From assembly GCA_001938485.1 (NCBI GenBank), contig MQRK01218860.1, positions 64,625 to 113,918 on the forward strand: a DNA stretch of 49,294 nucleotides. Direction: 5' to 3'. Below, in pieces: positions 12,830 to 25,658 of this stretch. This DNA comes from Girardia tigrina (lineage: Eukaryota). Each line of letters opens with the position of its first letter. The stretch's first letter is position 1. A program made the translations under genes and the position numbers. The notes under the pieces are model-generated. The model ran no database searches. It was not told where the DNA came from and worked only from the letters and a program-made list of their open reading frames with translations.

Positions 12830-13000
12830 ATGGAGCATGCTTCGATGAACGGTGACAGAGTCAATGCATCGAAAATGACATCGAAGGACTATTACGGTGC
12901 TGTCCGGAAGCTGAATTATCTAAATTGGCTATACTCTAAGAAACATCACGTGAAAGACAAAGTCGTTCCGGAAATTGGTTGTGGCGACATTTTATGTGAA
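12830..13000 (+). pseudogene. prmt1-like: PRMT1-like (protein arginine methyltransferase) pseudogene fragment
   Basis: MTSKDYY-[gap]-AVRKLNYLNWLYSKKHHVKDKVVPEIGCGDILC versus recalled PRMT1 [57 protein letters not shown]. Confidence 0.75.
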
Positions 13001-13389
13001 CGAGACACGGATCTCGAGGGGCATCGAATGATGACTACTTTGATTGCTTCACTCCAGACCGAAAGAATGCTAGCCGTTACACTAAGCTACTTTTTTCTTG
13101 TTATCATTTTGTAATATTAAATATTTATTATTTCTGTTTGATTAGAGTTAATATACTCGTGTAACTATTAACTTTTCGTGATCAATAATATGACGTTGTT
13201 TTATAAAAGAATTTAATTAATCTCATTTAAGCGAATGAAAGGAATGACAAAACACCGACGAAAATTTAATAATGACAATTGTTATAAAAATATTATTTTA
13301 CAAAAGTAAGAAAATTCAAAAATTAATGAAGATAAATTAATAATTTCAGAACGTTATATATAATAAATTATAAATATAAGAATAAATTA

Positions 13390-13996
13390 TTATATCTTTT
13401 ATTCAATAAAAATCATTTTATATATTTTTAAATATTTTATGTATTATTTTTATTCAGTTTCTTTTATTAATAAAATAATTGAAATAAATGTCAGAATCAT
13501 AAATTCAGAAGGACAAATATATAATATTATTTTTTAATTTCATTTATTCCCACATTTTTGAACAAAATATGATAACATATATTTTTATAATAAAAATAAT
13601 TAAATTTGTTGTGAAGCAACAGTAAAAAATATTATTCCTATATTTAATATAGAAAAATAAGAGGAATATTATGTTATATTCTCCAAACAATTTTTACGGA
13701 ATTTTTAATTAAATCATTCGATAATAAATGAAAGAAAACGAAGATATTTTTTCATTAATGTTCTGAAATAATTATTTAATTATAATTTATTATTATTTAT
13801 CATACAAATCACGATGAAGATGCAATAATAATTATTTTTATTACTGTTTCTATAAATTATTATATCAATATTATATTTATTCAATAAATATCATTTTATA
13901 TATTTTTAAATATTTTTTGTATTATTTTTATTCAGTTTCTTTTATTAATAAAATAATTGAAATAAATTTCAGAACCATAAATTCCGAAGGACAAAT
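13390..13996. repeat. Local direct duplication of about 130 bp (13390-13519 and 13870-13996)
   Basis: Near-identical attcaataaa.atcattttatatatttttaaatatttt...ttcagtttcttttattaataaaataattgaaataaat...gaaggacaaat in both copies. Confidence 0.85.
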
Positions 13997-14224
13997 GATA
14001 AATGGGGCCCAAGTGACAATTTTAAATATGGATTTATGCAAACCATTTTTGACAAATGTGGAAGACGAAAAAAATAAAAACTTTATTTTAGAAGAAATTA
14101 TTTTTCATCTAATTTCGTAACTAAAAATCAGATTAAAATCACAAGCGATGCATATCACATTTATTTATATATATGATATATTTATACATAACGGAATTTG
14201 GTTTCTCATTTTAATTAAACATAC

Positions 14225-14548
14225 TTTTCACATTCTTCTTTTGTTTTAAAATTGTTTGCATTTCCTCGACAACCGGCAAAATGAAACTTGAAACACTTTC
14301 TAATTATTTTGTCATAAAACCAACGGGTGGATGGATTTTCGCTGTCGCACGCCATTCCCCACGTCATGAGAACATTGCATCTATTTGACGAAACCATTGG
14401 CGCTTTCGACCTTTCCGAGGAAATTTCACTGAATTGTGAACTACATAATCTATAACATTCTTCAGAAGTGTGGAAGTTGTTCAGTCCTCCATGACACCCT
14501 TTGTATACAAATGAGTTACATTTTCCGGTAGAGAAATCGTAATAATAT
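14225..14548 (-). CDS. spon1-like: Spondin-like exon: C-terminal part of Kunitz 1 and most of Kunitz 2
   Basis: ttttAG acceptor at 14550-14549, donor AA|GTATGT. YYYDFSTGKCNSFVYKGCHGGLNNFHTSEEC..LC and RC..C..RWFYD..KCFKFHFAGCRGNANNFKTKEECE carry Kunitz FxYxGCxGNxNNF signatures. Confidence 0.92.
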
Positions 14549-14976
14549 CTAAAAATAAAAGTATTCGCTTTAATTTTGGTTATTGTGGTAAAAAAAATAT
14601 ATTTAAAATAAATAATTTTAGAAGTCAAATAATTAAACAAATATACATATATACAGCTGGACAAATAATGGAAACACTTGATATTTTTGAATCATAATCT
14701 TTGAACATGTTATAAGCATTCTAAACTTGACATATTTTAATGTTCTCTAGTTTACTATTTTTATTGTTTGATATGTTTATTTAAGATAACTGTTTTTAGA
14801 GAAATGAAAAAATAGTTATGACCTTAAAAATTCACCAGACCTCTCGACTTTCAAAGAAACTCGATTTTTAGTTCATTTAAAGTAGACGCTAGTGTAACAG
14901 ATACTGCCAGAATGCCTGACGTTTCAAGAGGTGCTGACTCAAGACTGTGACTCATAAAATTAGTGTAAAGCTCAAC

Positions 14977-15207
14977 AGTGACCCGACAAATGCGCTAAAA
15001 AGGGATTGCATACATGATTTTGAAAATTTATTATTAATTAAATATTTTTAAAATTAAGGAAGTAATAATATAAAATTTTCAAAAACATTTATTAAATTTA
15101 GTTTTCAAAATAATAAAGATAACAGATGTTCATAAACATTTATGCAATTATCTTTTATCGCATTTTTATTACTGTTTCATTTGTCGGAGCGCATTTTTCG
15201 GGTTACC
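14977..15207. mobile_element. Mutator-type MITE (231 bp)
   Basis: About 20-bp TIRs (agtgacccgacaaatgcgct / agcgcatttttcgggttacc) and an exact 9-bp TSD AAGCTCAAC at 14968-14976 and 15208-15216. Confidence 0.85.
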
Positions 15208-17669
15208 AAGCTCAACGTGCACTTGAAGATTTCAGTTTCCACAAAACCTGTTTGCCTTGCTTCTGAGGCTTCACTATGCTGCACCTGAAGATAATAAGTT
15301 TAAGATTTGAGAGTAAATAAACAGGTTTCCTAAATATTTAAACATGCAATTCTCGAAGAAGAAAAATGTAAAAAATCCGTAAGAGTCATAAAAGCAAAAG
15401 TAATCAATATGAAACTATATATTTACGGTAACTTTTCGTCCGTGAATAAGAACGAAACTAATCACAAGTCCACAAGAGTAGCCCTCAATGATATTGAGCT
15501 CTTACGGAAATTCACACCAACAACATCTACAGTTGCTGAGCTGTAATTTACATAGTTCATGATTTCTTCATCAATGTCGATAATGACTGTAACATTTAAT
15601 CTGGTCATTGTTTAGTGAAAGTAAGTTTTAATTATTAGCAGTTTGCTGAATTATCTATTAGAAGACATTAGTAGTTAGCAAAGATTCTGGATGCGACGAT
15701 GATTTATGAATAGATCACTTGCAACCAAATTTTTGCAATTCCTCGGTAGGAAATCGTCTTAGAACCTCATCATTGTAAAATGCTTTTTAATTTTTGACAA
15801 ATAGTGAGTTTGGATTTACGGATGTCTGATAATTTAATGCTAAATTTTCAATTTTTTTCTTATTGACCTGAAGATCAGATGCTTACACTTGAGAAAATTG
15901 AAATCAAACTGAAATTCTTAAAAAATTCTGAATATGTTTATTGATTTCGCCTTTTAGATGAGTCCAGACCTTATTAAAAGTCGGGTCACTTTCATCTGGA
16001 ATCTTCTCATGTATTAGTTTGTGCTCTTCGATGCTAATGTTGGCATTCAGTTTACGCCAATCTTTTCTGTGTATTTTACATCTTTTAAATATTTGTTCCT
16101 TGTTTCTTTTGAAAATCGATTAAAACATCTGTTAGATATTGAAACAAATGTCCCAACCAAGACATAAGCCTTTTGATTGCCTCTAATGTTATTGGTACAA
16201 ATGCACAAGGAAAGGAAATTGTGATATCTGATCAATAAGGACATTGGCGTCATACCGCGTTTTTTGAGTTATACACAGATCAAGAAGATTATTTTTTGAG
16301 AATTGAATAGCAATAGTAAAATAATCTTTTGCTTGAGTTGAAGAACTTCTTTACAGAAACTTTTATCATAAACATAGTCTGAACCATGGGGAATAAATTT
16401 TTATTGCGAATTTTCGGGAAAAGATAAAAGCGATTCTCTTAGATCTTAAAAGTGTAGGGGTTTTAACCTCATTGCCATGTTTTTCTACCACTTTAAGTTC
16501 ATCTCGACTTAGTTTTCAATCTAGAGATAGAAATTTGAGCCGGAAAATTCAGAGTCAGAATATTTGTGAGAATGGTGTTGGTTGTATCACCGGTCACAGT
16601 AACCGCATTGAGTATTGAGCTGCTTGGATGATTTCAAATTTCAAAAAGATTTTTTCATTATTCCTGTACGACCTTCGGTATGATTTCCTTTCTGGTAAAG
16701 CAATTATTTAAGCAATAAGCGGAATATATTTGCAAAATTTTATCACTGTAATAGAAGTTAGGAAAAGAAAAAAGAAGAATCTAATATACAGTTAATTTAG
16801 AGATTTATGTGATGGAAAATTTAAAGATTGAAACAAATGATTTGACAGAGGAACCAAAAAGATTTTTACTAGAACTATCAAAATAAAGTTCCGACTTCAT
16901 ATTTAAGATCATTTCTGAGTTAGCTATTGTAAATAAATATATAAATTGTATATATTTGTTGGGTTCTTGATCAATATTAGAATTCATTAACACCAAAAAT
17001 TTATTAATAACACAATTAAAAATTATTCAAACATTTTTTAGTTAACATTTTTTTTAATAAAAAATTGTTTGTCGAGGAACTTTTTCGTTTTCTTTTTTAC
17101 CAGATTTTTTATATAAAAATATGAAATTATAAATATAAATAAACTAATAAGTTATTTAAAATTGAAAAATTTTTATTCTATTTATTCTGAAAATTTACAT
17201 TCCACTATTTGTAAATTAAAACCAACATAATTTTATAGTCATATTTTTACTAAATTAACCATAATGATTTTTTATTATTTTAGAATTAGTTTAATGTTAT
17301 TTCTTTTTTGTGAAACATTAATAAAGATTTTAATGTTTTTTTTATTATCAATATTTCAGTTTAAAAACATTTTTTACCTACAATTATTTTAAATACCATA
17401 CAAATTTTACATACAATTTAAATATAACAAAATAATTTACAATATTCAAATTTTTATTATTATTACGATACATTAATGATAAAAATCTTAATATTTATTT
17501 TTTAGAATAACTTTTAAAATTAGTACAACATAATTATCATTGTCTTTATATATTTCTTTTAAATCAATTATTTAAAAATCCATTATTTCCGAATTAATTT
17601 CATTTTAAGTTTTTTTACTCTATAATTAAAATTTGATTATTTTCAAAAATAACTTTTTTAAATTAATTA

Positions 17670-17709
<40 letters not shown>

Positions 17710-19795
17710 ATTTACTTAAAATTGCTTTAAAAACTTTTGATTTTAAATATTTAATTATTTTAGAAATTCTTTATAAAAATTAATTGTTTCAAAAATTTTG
17801 AAATTGAGCCCGACCTTCACAATATTTATTTCCCAAAAATTTGAATTGATTAAAAACTATATATTACTCAATTATTTATATTATTTCCTAACAATCAAAA
17901 TTAATCTAATTGGATTTATTTGCCGGATATAATGGATTTCAAAACAATAATAAACTGATAATCCGATGATTAAATCAAACTGTTAACCTATTTTGAAGAA
18001 GAACTACGAGCCATGTTCAATTTACGGAAGAACTCGTTGAAGATAAAATCGTGTTTGTTGAGTAACTAGCACGACTGATTCCATCATATCGTTCGTATCT
18101 TTCCTACGAAATCGACCTCAAATACGGCAACGAAATCAAGGCCGTCATTCCAAAAATGGAAATGCTTTGTGATTAATGAGATTCGATTATTAACGTGTTT
18201 TGAAAAGCCAACATTTAGTAAAAATATTGTTCACCTAATTTACAATTGGTGTGAGTGTTGATTGAATTATTTATTGTAGAAACATTTGATTTGAGATCAG
18301 AAACATTTTTTTCTTATTAATAAAGAAAATTCCTCCATCATATGCTTTTTATATAACGTATATATTCAATTTATATATGTTAAATAGTGAGTATTATTGG
18401 TAAACTTTTGGTAACACAACTCATAATGCACAATATTCAGTCATAAATATCTTTTTAGATAATATAAAAAGGAAAGAAATGCGAATATATTGATATAAAT
18501 AAATAATTGTAAATTTATATTTCAAAATATTAAAGTGTAATAACTACATCAATTAATTGTATGTAATTTCAAATGTCAAAAAGTTCATTTTTCAAATATT
18601 TTAAGCACGAACTAATTTTTAAATACCAAGCAATTTACCTCACGTAATAGAAAATAATATATTATTTTAAAACCAAAAAAATTATAAATTATTACAAAGC
18701 TTGAAAAACCAATTACCATACTAAAGAACTTATCTTAGTTTAGCAGTGGGGTCAGAAGATGGTTTAGGTACGGCCATAAGATGTGACAATCACTTACGTG
18801 ATTATTATTGTTTTTGTGGGTGTAAATGTATAAATAGATAAATACATAAATTGAGAGCGTTGGTGGACAAATGAGGATGATTGATATTTATATTTTTTCC
18901 AAAAAATAAAAATAATTTAAAATCGCATTAGTATGTATCTTTTGCATCTTTTAATATAACTGCATTTTATATAATCCTTAATTCTGAACATCACTTTTTC
19001 AAAAATGCTTGTTTGATTATTTTTAAAATATAATACTCATGTCACATAAAATATGAATGGGTGGTTCGTATTATACGGTTAAGTTGACGTTAGGGAAGAG
19101 AACTTCAACATGTTTTCACTAAATGTTTCAATTTGGTGTATAACCGATTAAGTAAGGAATTTGAGCTAGTGTATTTAAGAGCATTGAGAAAATTACTATT
19201 AGAACATTTATTAATATCACATTTAGAGTCATCACAACTCTCGAGAGATCTTTCACTGTTGGACATAATTCTAATTGGTTTTCTTTTTTCTTTTATTATA
19301 ATAATGATTATTCGAACATTTTTTAAAATATTTCTTAAATATTTATTATTGCTTAATTTCGAAAAGGATTTAATAAAATTACTAATTTTAACCATTTCAG
19401 TATAAGAACTCTAAAAAAATTAAAATATTTTATCAAATTGTAAAAAACGAAGTTAAATTTAAATTTCATTATATTAAGGTCTCATTTTAAAAACAATATA
19501 TTTTAAAATTTTCTAAACTTATAGAAATACCTTTCAATTAAATTTTTAAAAAAAATCCTGAAATTAAGATCTTAACTACGGGAGGTCTTAATTTTGGATA
19601 AAACTGGTAAATAAATACAAAATTGTACATTAACAAGGTTGTGCCTTAACAAACAAACTAGTAAATCAAAAAATTAAAATTTTTATATCCATTCTTTATG
19701 CAGACAAAACTCTACTTTGCCAACAAAATTTTTAAAATTTAAAAATTTAAGATGTAAAAAACTTTTAATTAAAAAAACAATTAAAATCAATATAA

Positions 19796-20008
19796 ACTAC
19801 TTATAATTTATAAATAGATATCTTGCAATTAATATTGTTCGGGAACTCCGAATTTTCCGTTTTTTCCCATTTTGGGATCTTAAAAAGGTTTTTTTCGATC
19901 AAATTTTCACATAATCATTTATTGTCATCGTGAATGAGTAAGTGCGCAAAGATGGGAGAAAATTGATTGAGTAAAAGGCCTTCAAAAATAGGTTTCTAAA
20001 TTCCATGG

Positions 20009-20051
<43 letters not shown>

Positions 20052-20069
20052 TAGCTAATAAACAGAATG
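19796..20069. repeat. Dispersed repeat copy B (same family as 5836-6102)
   Basis: Same motifs as copy A, with an expanded (AT)n at about 20012-20046. Confidence 0.7.
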
Positions 20070-20799
20070 GAAAAAGAGCATTCAAAGAAATGAAAGACAA
20101 AATCTCAGAGGATTTATTATTCTTGAAGACGTTATTTAACATATTTCATTGAACAAAATGAAGTTTCAACCAATTTTATATATACTTCAATATGTAAATA
20201 TATGTAAATGGAAAAATCAACTCCAAGAAACGCAGACAAAACTGAATGAAAGTAGTGAGCAGCTTTAATTGTTTAAATTGTTTCAGTTGCTGATACTGTA
20301 GTAAAACAAATTGATTCTTCTGTTTAAAACAATACTCATTGAAAAATTTACAATTTTGCCATTGTTAATTCCCGATTTACCTTAATTAATTCTATTTTTG
20401 TTCTTTGTCGCATCAACTTGGTGAGATCTATATTCATTTTACAACACTAAAGTTTTAATTAAGTAAGGAAAATCTATTTTTAATTCTATAATAATTTTGA
20501 TATTGAGAATCTTGTTGAGTTTGGATTTCTTTTAAAGATTTAATAATAATTTCTAAATATATTTTCCACATGGGTTGAAAGAAAAGTAGAAACTAAATCG
20601 TCTGAATGTTTGCTTGATGATGTTTTCTCATTATATATGTGATCACTTTTGAATTGAATCGGCCCTTGTGATGAACAGGGGCTCCAGTATGATATGTGAA
20701 AAAGTTTAGCAAGCTGGATGGACACAAATAAAGCGCCAAAACACAGTCCAAAACAAAACATTTTACCTAAAGAAACTGATAGTGAGTGATTGGTAACCT

Positions 20800-21025
20800 T
20801 CCTAGGTGTTATCCCTTATGACCCATGAAATTTAGTTTGACGATCACAGTAGATGTCTACTGAAACCAATTGGAAGATATGATGCGGAAACTCAAAAAAA
20901 CTGCCGCGATTGGTAAACAGGTCGACTCTGATCTCGCTCTACGACATTGCCAAATCACATAGTGCACTTAAGATCGTGACAAAAATACAAGAACTGGAAT
21001 TGGAACTTCTGCATCATCCTCCATA
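20800..21025 (+). mobile_element. Mariner transposase fragment
   Basis: TITVDVY*NQLEDMMRKLKK/PRLVNRSTLISLYDIAKSH...LELLHHPP*, a degenerate HDNARPH / HPPYSPD region. Confidence 0.7.
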
Positions 21026-23977
21026 AAAGTATGAAAGGTCAAAAGACAAAAGTAGAATGCGCGACATAAAGAAAATTAAAAATGTATTTTGACATTTCAG
21101 TTGTACTTCAGTAAAATATAAAAAAACGTTCGATGTATAATTAAAATTTTCGATTGAAAGAGAATCATGATGGTCAAGGATTGATTAATTTTAAAAACAA
21201 AGATTTTAGAGAGTCTTGAAATTCCAGAACAATTTGTTTAGAAGTAAAAGAGATCTGTTTAAATGAAAGACAAAATAAAGTTAAAACAATAAAAACTTAA
21301 TGATTAGGTTTTGTGTTTAATCTTAAAATTACCATAAAAGCAATATCATTTGTTCGGACTGACACTTTCCAAAAATAGAGAAGTTCTTTTCTCTTTACCT
21401 TTCGATTCTGTATATTCACCACTTCTGGGAGAGTTTGTTGGGTATGTGTATTATTATTAATATAATACTAAATCAAAGTTTCATTTGTTTTATTTATTTC
21501 ATTCATAACAATTCGTCGAACCAATTCAGTTTTATTTGAATCAAAACGGGTTTGACTTTCTGGAAAGACTCTCAATCTTTATAGGCTCTTTTCGTGTCGT
21601 AAGACGTGACATCTCTCCTGCGAAAACTTCTTGCATCCCTAATTTCACAGTAAGGATATGAAATTCTCTTTCTTTTAAGGTGCTTGTATAATTAACACTT
21701 TCAGAGAACTTTTTTCAACATTCCTTTAATACAATAAACATTAATACATAAACTTTAATACATGAACATTAAACTGAGTTAAAAATTTTCGACGATTTTA
21801 GACATTGTGACAATTTACAGTAGATTAAGTAAGGTTTCTATATTACTTTGCATCGCCTTCCAACATGATATTACAAAATAGTTGATAACAGAACGCGTTT
21901 CAGTTTTATCTATTTTTCAAAACTCACGAAACGAGCTTTACCCAAAGCGGCACTAAATCGATACATCTTGACAGAACAATACCGAATTTGATATTTTTAT
22001 ACAAAACAATTCATATTTTATTCGAACAGATATTGCCATTTGTGCTTCATTTCATGAACTATTTAAAGTACTCTCATATGTATAGATAAAACTTAGATAA
22101 AGCTCGTTTCATGAGTTTTATATATATATATATATATATAAGTAAAATCAATTTCACGTCATACTTTTTGGAATCAACTCTGACTTAAGCGTCCTTGCCT
22201 TAGTCTAATATTAATTCTAATATAGAATTTTCCAGAAATAGTTTAGAAGTTATACATGGATTGTAAATATTGATAAAATTATCTATCAAAATCAACCAAG
22301 GCTGATTATTGACTTTGTGAAATTATTTTACTTTTTTATATATATATAAATGAAATAAATAAATTAATATAATTTTATATCAGAAATTTGTTTAAAATTA
22401 TATAAATATTAACGGACCGATTAAAATGAATAATAAAACGTCAATCACAAAAAAAGAAATGAGTCAAATAGGTTGAATAACAATCTTGGAATAATTCACG
22501 TTAGTTGTGAATCTCTTTCTACCCCCTTCTGTGTCCAGGTATTGTAAAGTGTCGGTGTAGGGAAAGAGCATTATGGGGGTGGGTAAATAGATTGAGATCT
22601 TCTGCTGTAACAGATAGAGTGATGATTTGTTGACGTGTGCAAATTCATGATTTGTCCGGTTATTCCTGAATTGAACTGATAAAAATTCTGTTTCTTATTG
22701 CTTTCTTTAAAAAAGTTCTAGTGAAATTTATCAAAAGAAATATTTAAGAGGGGGCTGACATCTTACTAGAGGGAGGGCTTAGTCCCCTCTGGTGCCCCTG
22801 GCTACGCCCCGGATTATAGAGGTTCATTAGAATTGATATTATGTTTCGCAAATATTGAAATATTTAAATCTGGTCGTCCAAGAATCATAATTTGATTTTT
22901 GGCGATCTCAAATATGGAAAGGATATTTTCACATCAATATTTAAAGTTCTATTTATATTTATAAAATCTTTCATTTTAATTGTAAATTTTGTTCTTATAA
23001 AAGTCAATCTGTGATAAATCGGCGAGAAATATAATATAAATATTTGTACTTTCGGACTTTTCTAAGGGTGTATTTTTAGGGAATCATATAAATAGTATAA
23101 TGATAAAAGATACACGAAGAAATATAATATAAAATATTATATTTTTAAGAAAATTAATTTAAAATATAATATTTTTTAGTTAATGTTAAGATACTGTAAA
23201 TCATTACATTCGATTTTTTGTAAACCAAAGTCAGATTTATTTAATTATGTCGATCTTTAAGAAGGTAATGATACTTTTTAAACATATTATTTTTTTATTT
23301 TTCCTTCGCCATCGAAATACACGAGAGATATCAATAATTATAAAATGAATATAAAAGTTAAATATAATAGAAACATAAAATTTAACATAAGTTAAACATA
23401 ATAATAAAATATTCATAAAAAAACATCACAGCTCAAAACTAAAATTCATTATACACGAACAAGTAAAAGCTTACAAATAATTTATTTATTTAGTTAAAAC
23501 ATATTTGATTATTGTTATTATTAATTGTGTTGACGAAATAAAAACACGTTTTCCTCACTCATTAATGTATATTTTTCTATTTAGGATTAAAAAAACATTT
23601 TGGTATAACTTTTTTATATAAATATTGTCGATAAATGTATTTTCTAGAATAAAAAACAATCACAAATCTTAGTCTTTTTGCCAATTTCTTTAACAACGTT
23701 GAGTCAAAATGTATTCGAAAATAATATTAAATATTTGTCATTGTTTTTGAACAATTTTTGAGGAATAATTAGTCTAATACTCTTATTTTATTACTGAGAT
23801 TTACTATAAAATTTATAAATCTTGAGGGGGAAAATGTTCAATGAAAGGAAAAAGTAACTAATAAATTCTTTTTAATGAATTTCAATATTTTCTGTTAAAA
23901 AAATTTATTATATATTTAGTATTAATATTTTATATTTTTAGTATTTATATAAAAATAATTAAAATATAAAGAAAAAC

Positions 23978-24270
23978 CTTAATGAGGAAGGAGACCATGA
24001 GCATGAGTCTCCGATGTTAAGATACTCTTTGCAAACATCTTGGGAATTACACCGGGTAGCTGACAGGCTACAAGTATGTACGGATTTCATTTCCGGATAC
24101 TTCATACAATCATGTTTTTCTTGATCATTTATAAAAACTCGTTCTCTGTAAACCATTCCTGTTTGGAAACATGTTGCATTACAAGGGCTCCAACTTCCCC
24201 AGAGCCGAAAAGAGCATGTCTCCAACGAAGAAAGTATCGGACACTTTTGATAGCAATTTTCTACTTCCTT
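23978..24270 (-). CDS. spon1-like: Spondin-like exon: end of TSR1, TSR2, start of Kunitz 1
   Basis: ttttcAG acceptor at 24272-24271. KEVENCYQKC...CSFRLWGSWSPCNATCFQTGMVYRERVF...DVCKEYLNIGDSCSWSPSSL(R); donor AG|GT at 23977. Confidence 0.9.
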
Positions 24271-24453
24271 CTGAAAACATATTACATAAATATTTTAAAA
24301 TCACATTATGAAAAATAAAATAAAAAATTGTGAATTATACTTATAATGACTAATTTATATTTCATTAGGTCGAGATTTAAATAATTCAAAAATTTAATTT
24401 GTAATTTTATAATTATATTACCTTCATTATCTTAATATGAACATACAAATCTG

Positions 24454-24457
<4 letters not shown>

Positions 24458-24493
<36 letters not shown>

Positions 24494-24543
24494 NNNNNNN
24501 NNNNNNNNNNNNNNNNNNNNNNNNNNNNNNNNNNNNNNNNNNN

Positions 24544-24594
<51 letters not shown>
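24458..24594. repeat. (TA)n microsatellite spanning a 50-N assembly gap (24494-24543)
   Basis: Seen directly. Other (TA)n tracts occur at about 9433-9461, 17672-17701 and 22119-22140. Confidence 0.95.
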
Positions 24595-24597
<3 letters not shown>

Positions 24598-25658
24598 GCA
24601 GATATAGAAGCTATACATCATACAGAAGCTATAAAGCGAAATAAAATATTCTGACAACTCAAACTTAATGAACGACAGTTTATACACAACAGCCTTTTTA
24701 AGATTGTGAGAATATTTGGAATGTTGATGTTTTGTGTATTGTTTGAATGTTGTGTGTTGATTTGGAATTGTGTCTCTCCTAATCAGATGGATGATTAATA
24801 TTTTAATTCTTATAATTTGAAACTAATTTATTCAAATTTTTAATTTATTATGATTTGAAATTTCAAATGATTTTATTAATTTTATTTTTAAAATTTGTAA
24901 ATAATTAAGTCAAATTAATATTTTTAAATGATTAATAGTAATTTTATTTTAACCCATAACATTTGTAGTAAATATTTTAAATTAAATATATAGTTTCAAG
25001 TTAGTTCAGATTTTGAATGAGAAGTTTTAAACTTTTATGGTGTATTACCTTTGGTCTACACCAATGACTAATTTGAAATTCCGTACCATGTCATCTCATG
25101 TTGGATTGCAAATTGCCAAAAATTAGTAAGAGTTTGAAAAAAAATTGAAGTAAATAATTATTTAATATTAAGATATATAAAAAATAAATAATTGATATTG
25201 CAATTTAAAAAATTAATAAAATATATATCGAAAGCTAAATCAGCGTGATTAACAACGGGACAATTTGGACAGTAATTTCAATTGAAAGATTGTCATAAAG
25301 ATTATTCAAATTGTGATTGCAATAATTGATGTAACAAATGTGTGAGATCCCTTAACAAAGATGAATAAATTTTATTTTCTTCCTCCTAAGTAAATATAAA
25401 AGAATTTATCCTTCCCTCTCTCTTTTGTACATTTGACAAAATTTGTTGGTTTTCAAAAGATGAAACTGAATTTAGAACAGGAAAGGATAATTAACACTAC
25501 TTAAATACACACAGAAAAGAAGGTTTTAATAATCAAAGAGTTTTTTCCAAAACGAGAAAGGTTTATTTATAATTTTCTTTTCGCAAACGAAAAATCAGTA
25601 AATAATCAAGGTAGAATAAATATCAATTTAATTAAATTATTCATTTTATGTGATTATA

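Noticed and set aside
17980-18175. Short coding-like + strand stretch (FEERTTSHVQF...IPKMEMLCD)
   Set aside because: Internal stop and no family recognised.
20540-20761. 73-aa ORF with a hydrophobic start
   Set aside because: No domain recognised, and not needed for the spondin reading frame.
22750-22812. GC-rich cccctggctacgcccc motif resembling a hAT MITE end
   Set aside because: No partner TIR or TSD seen.
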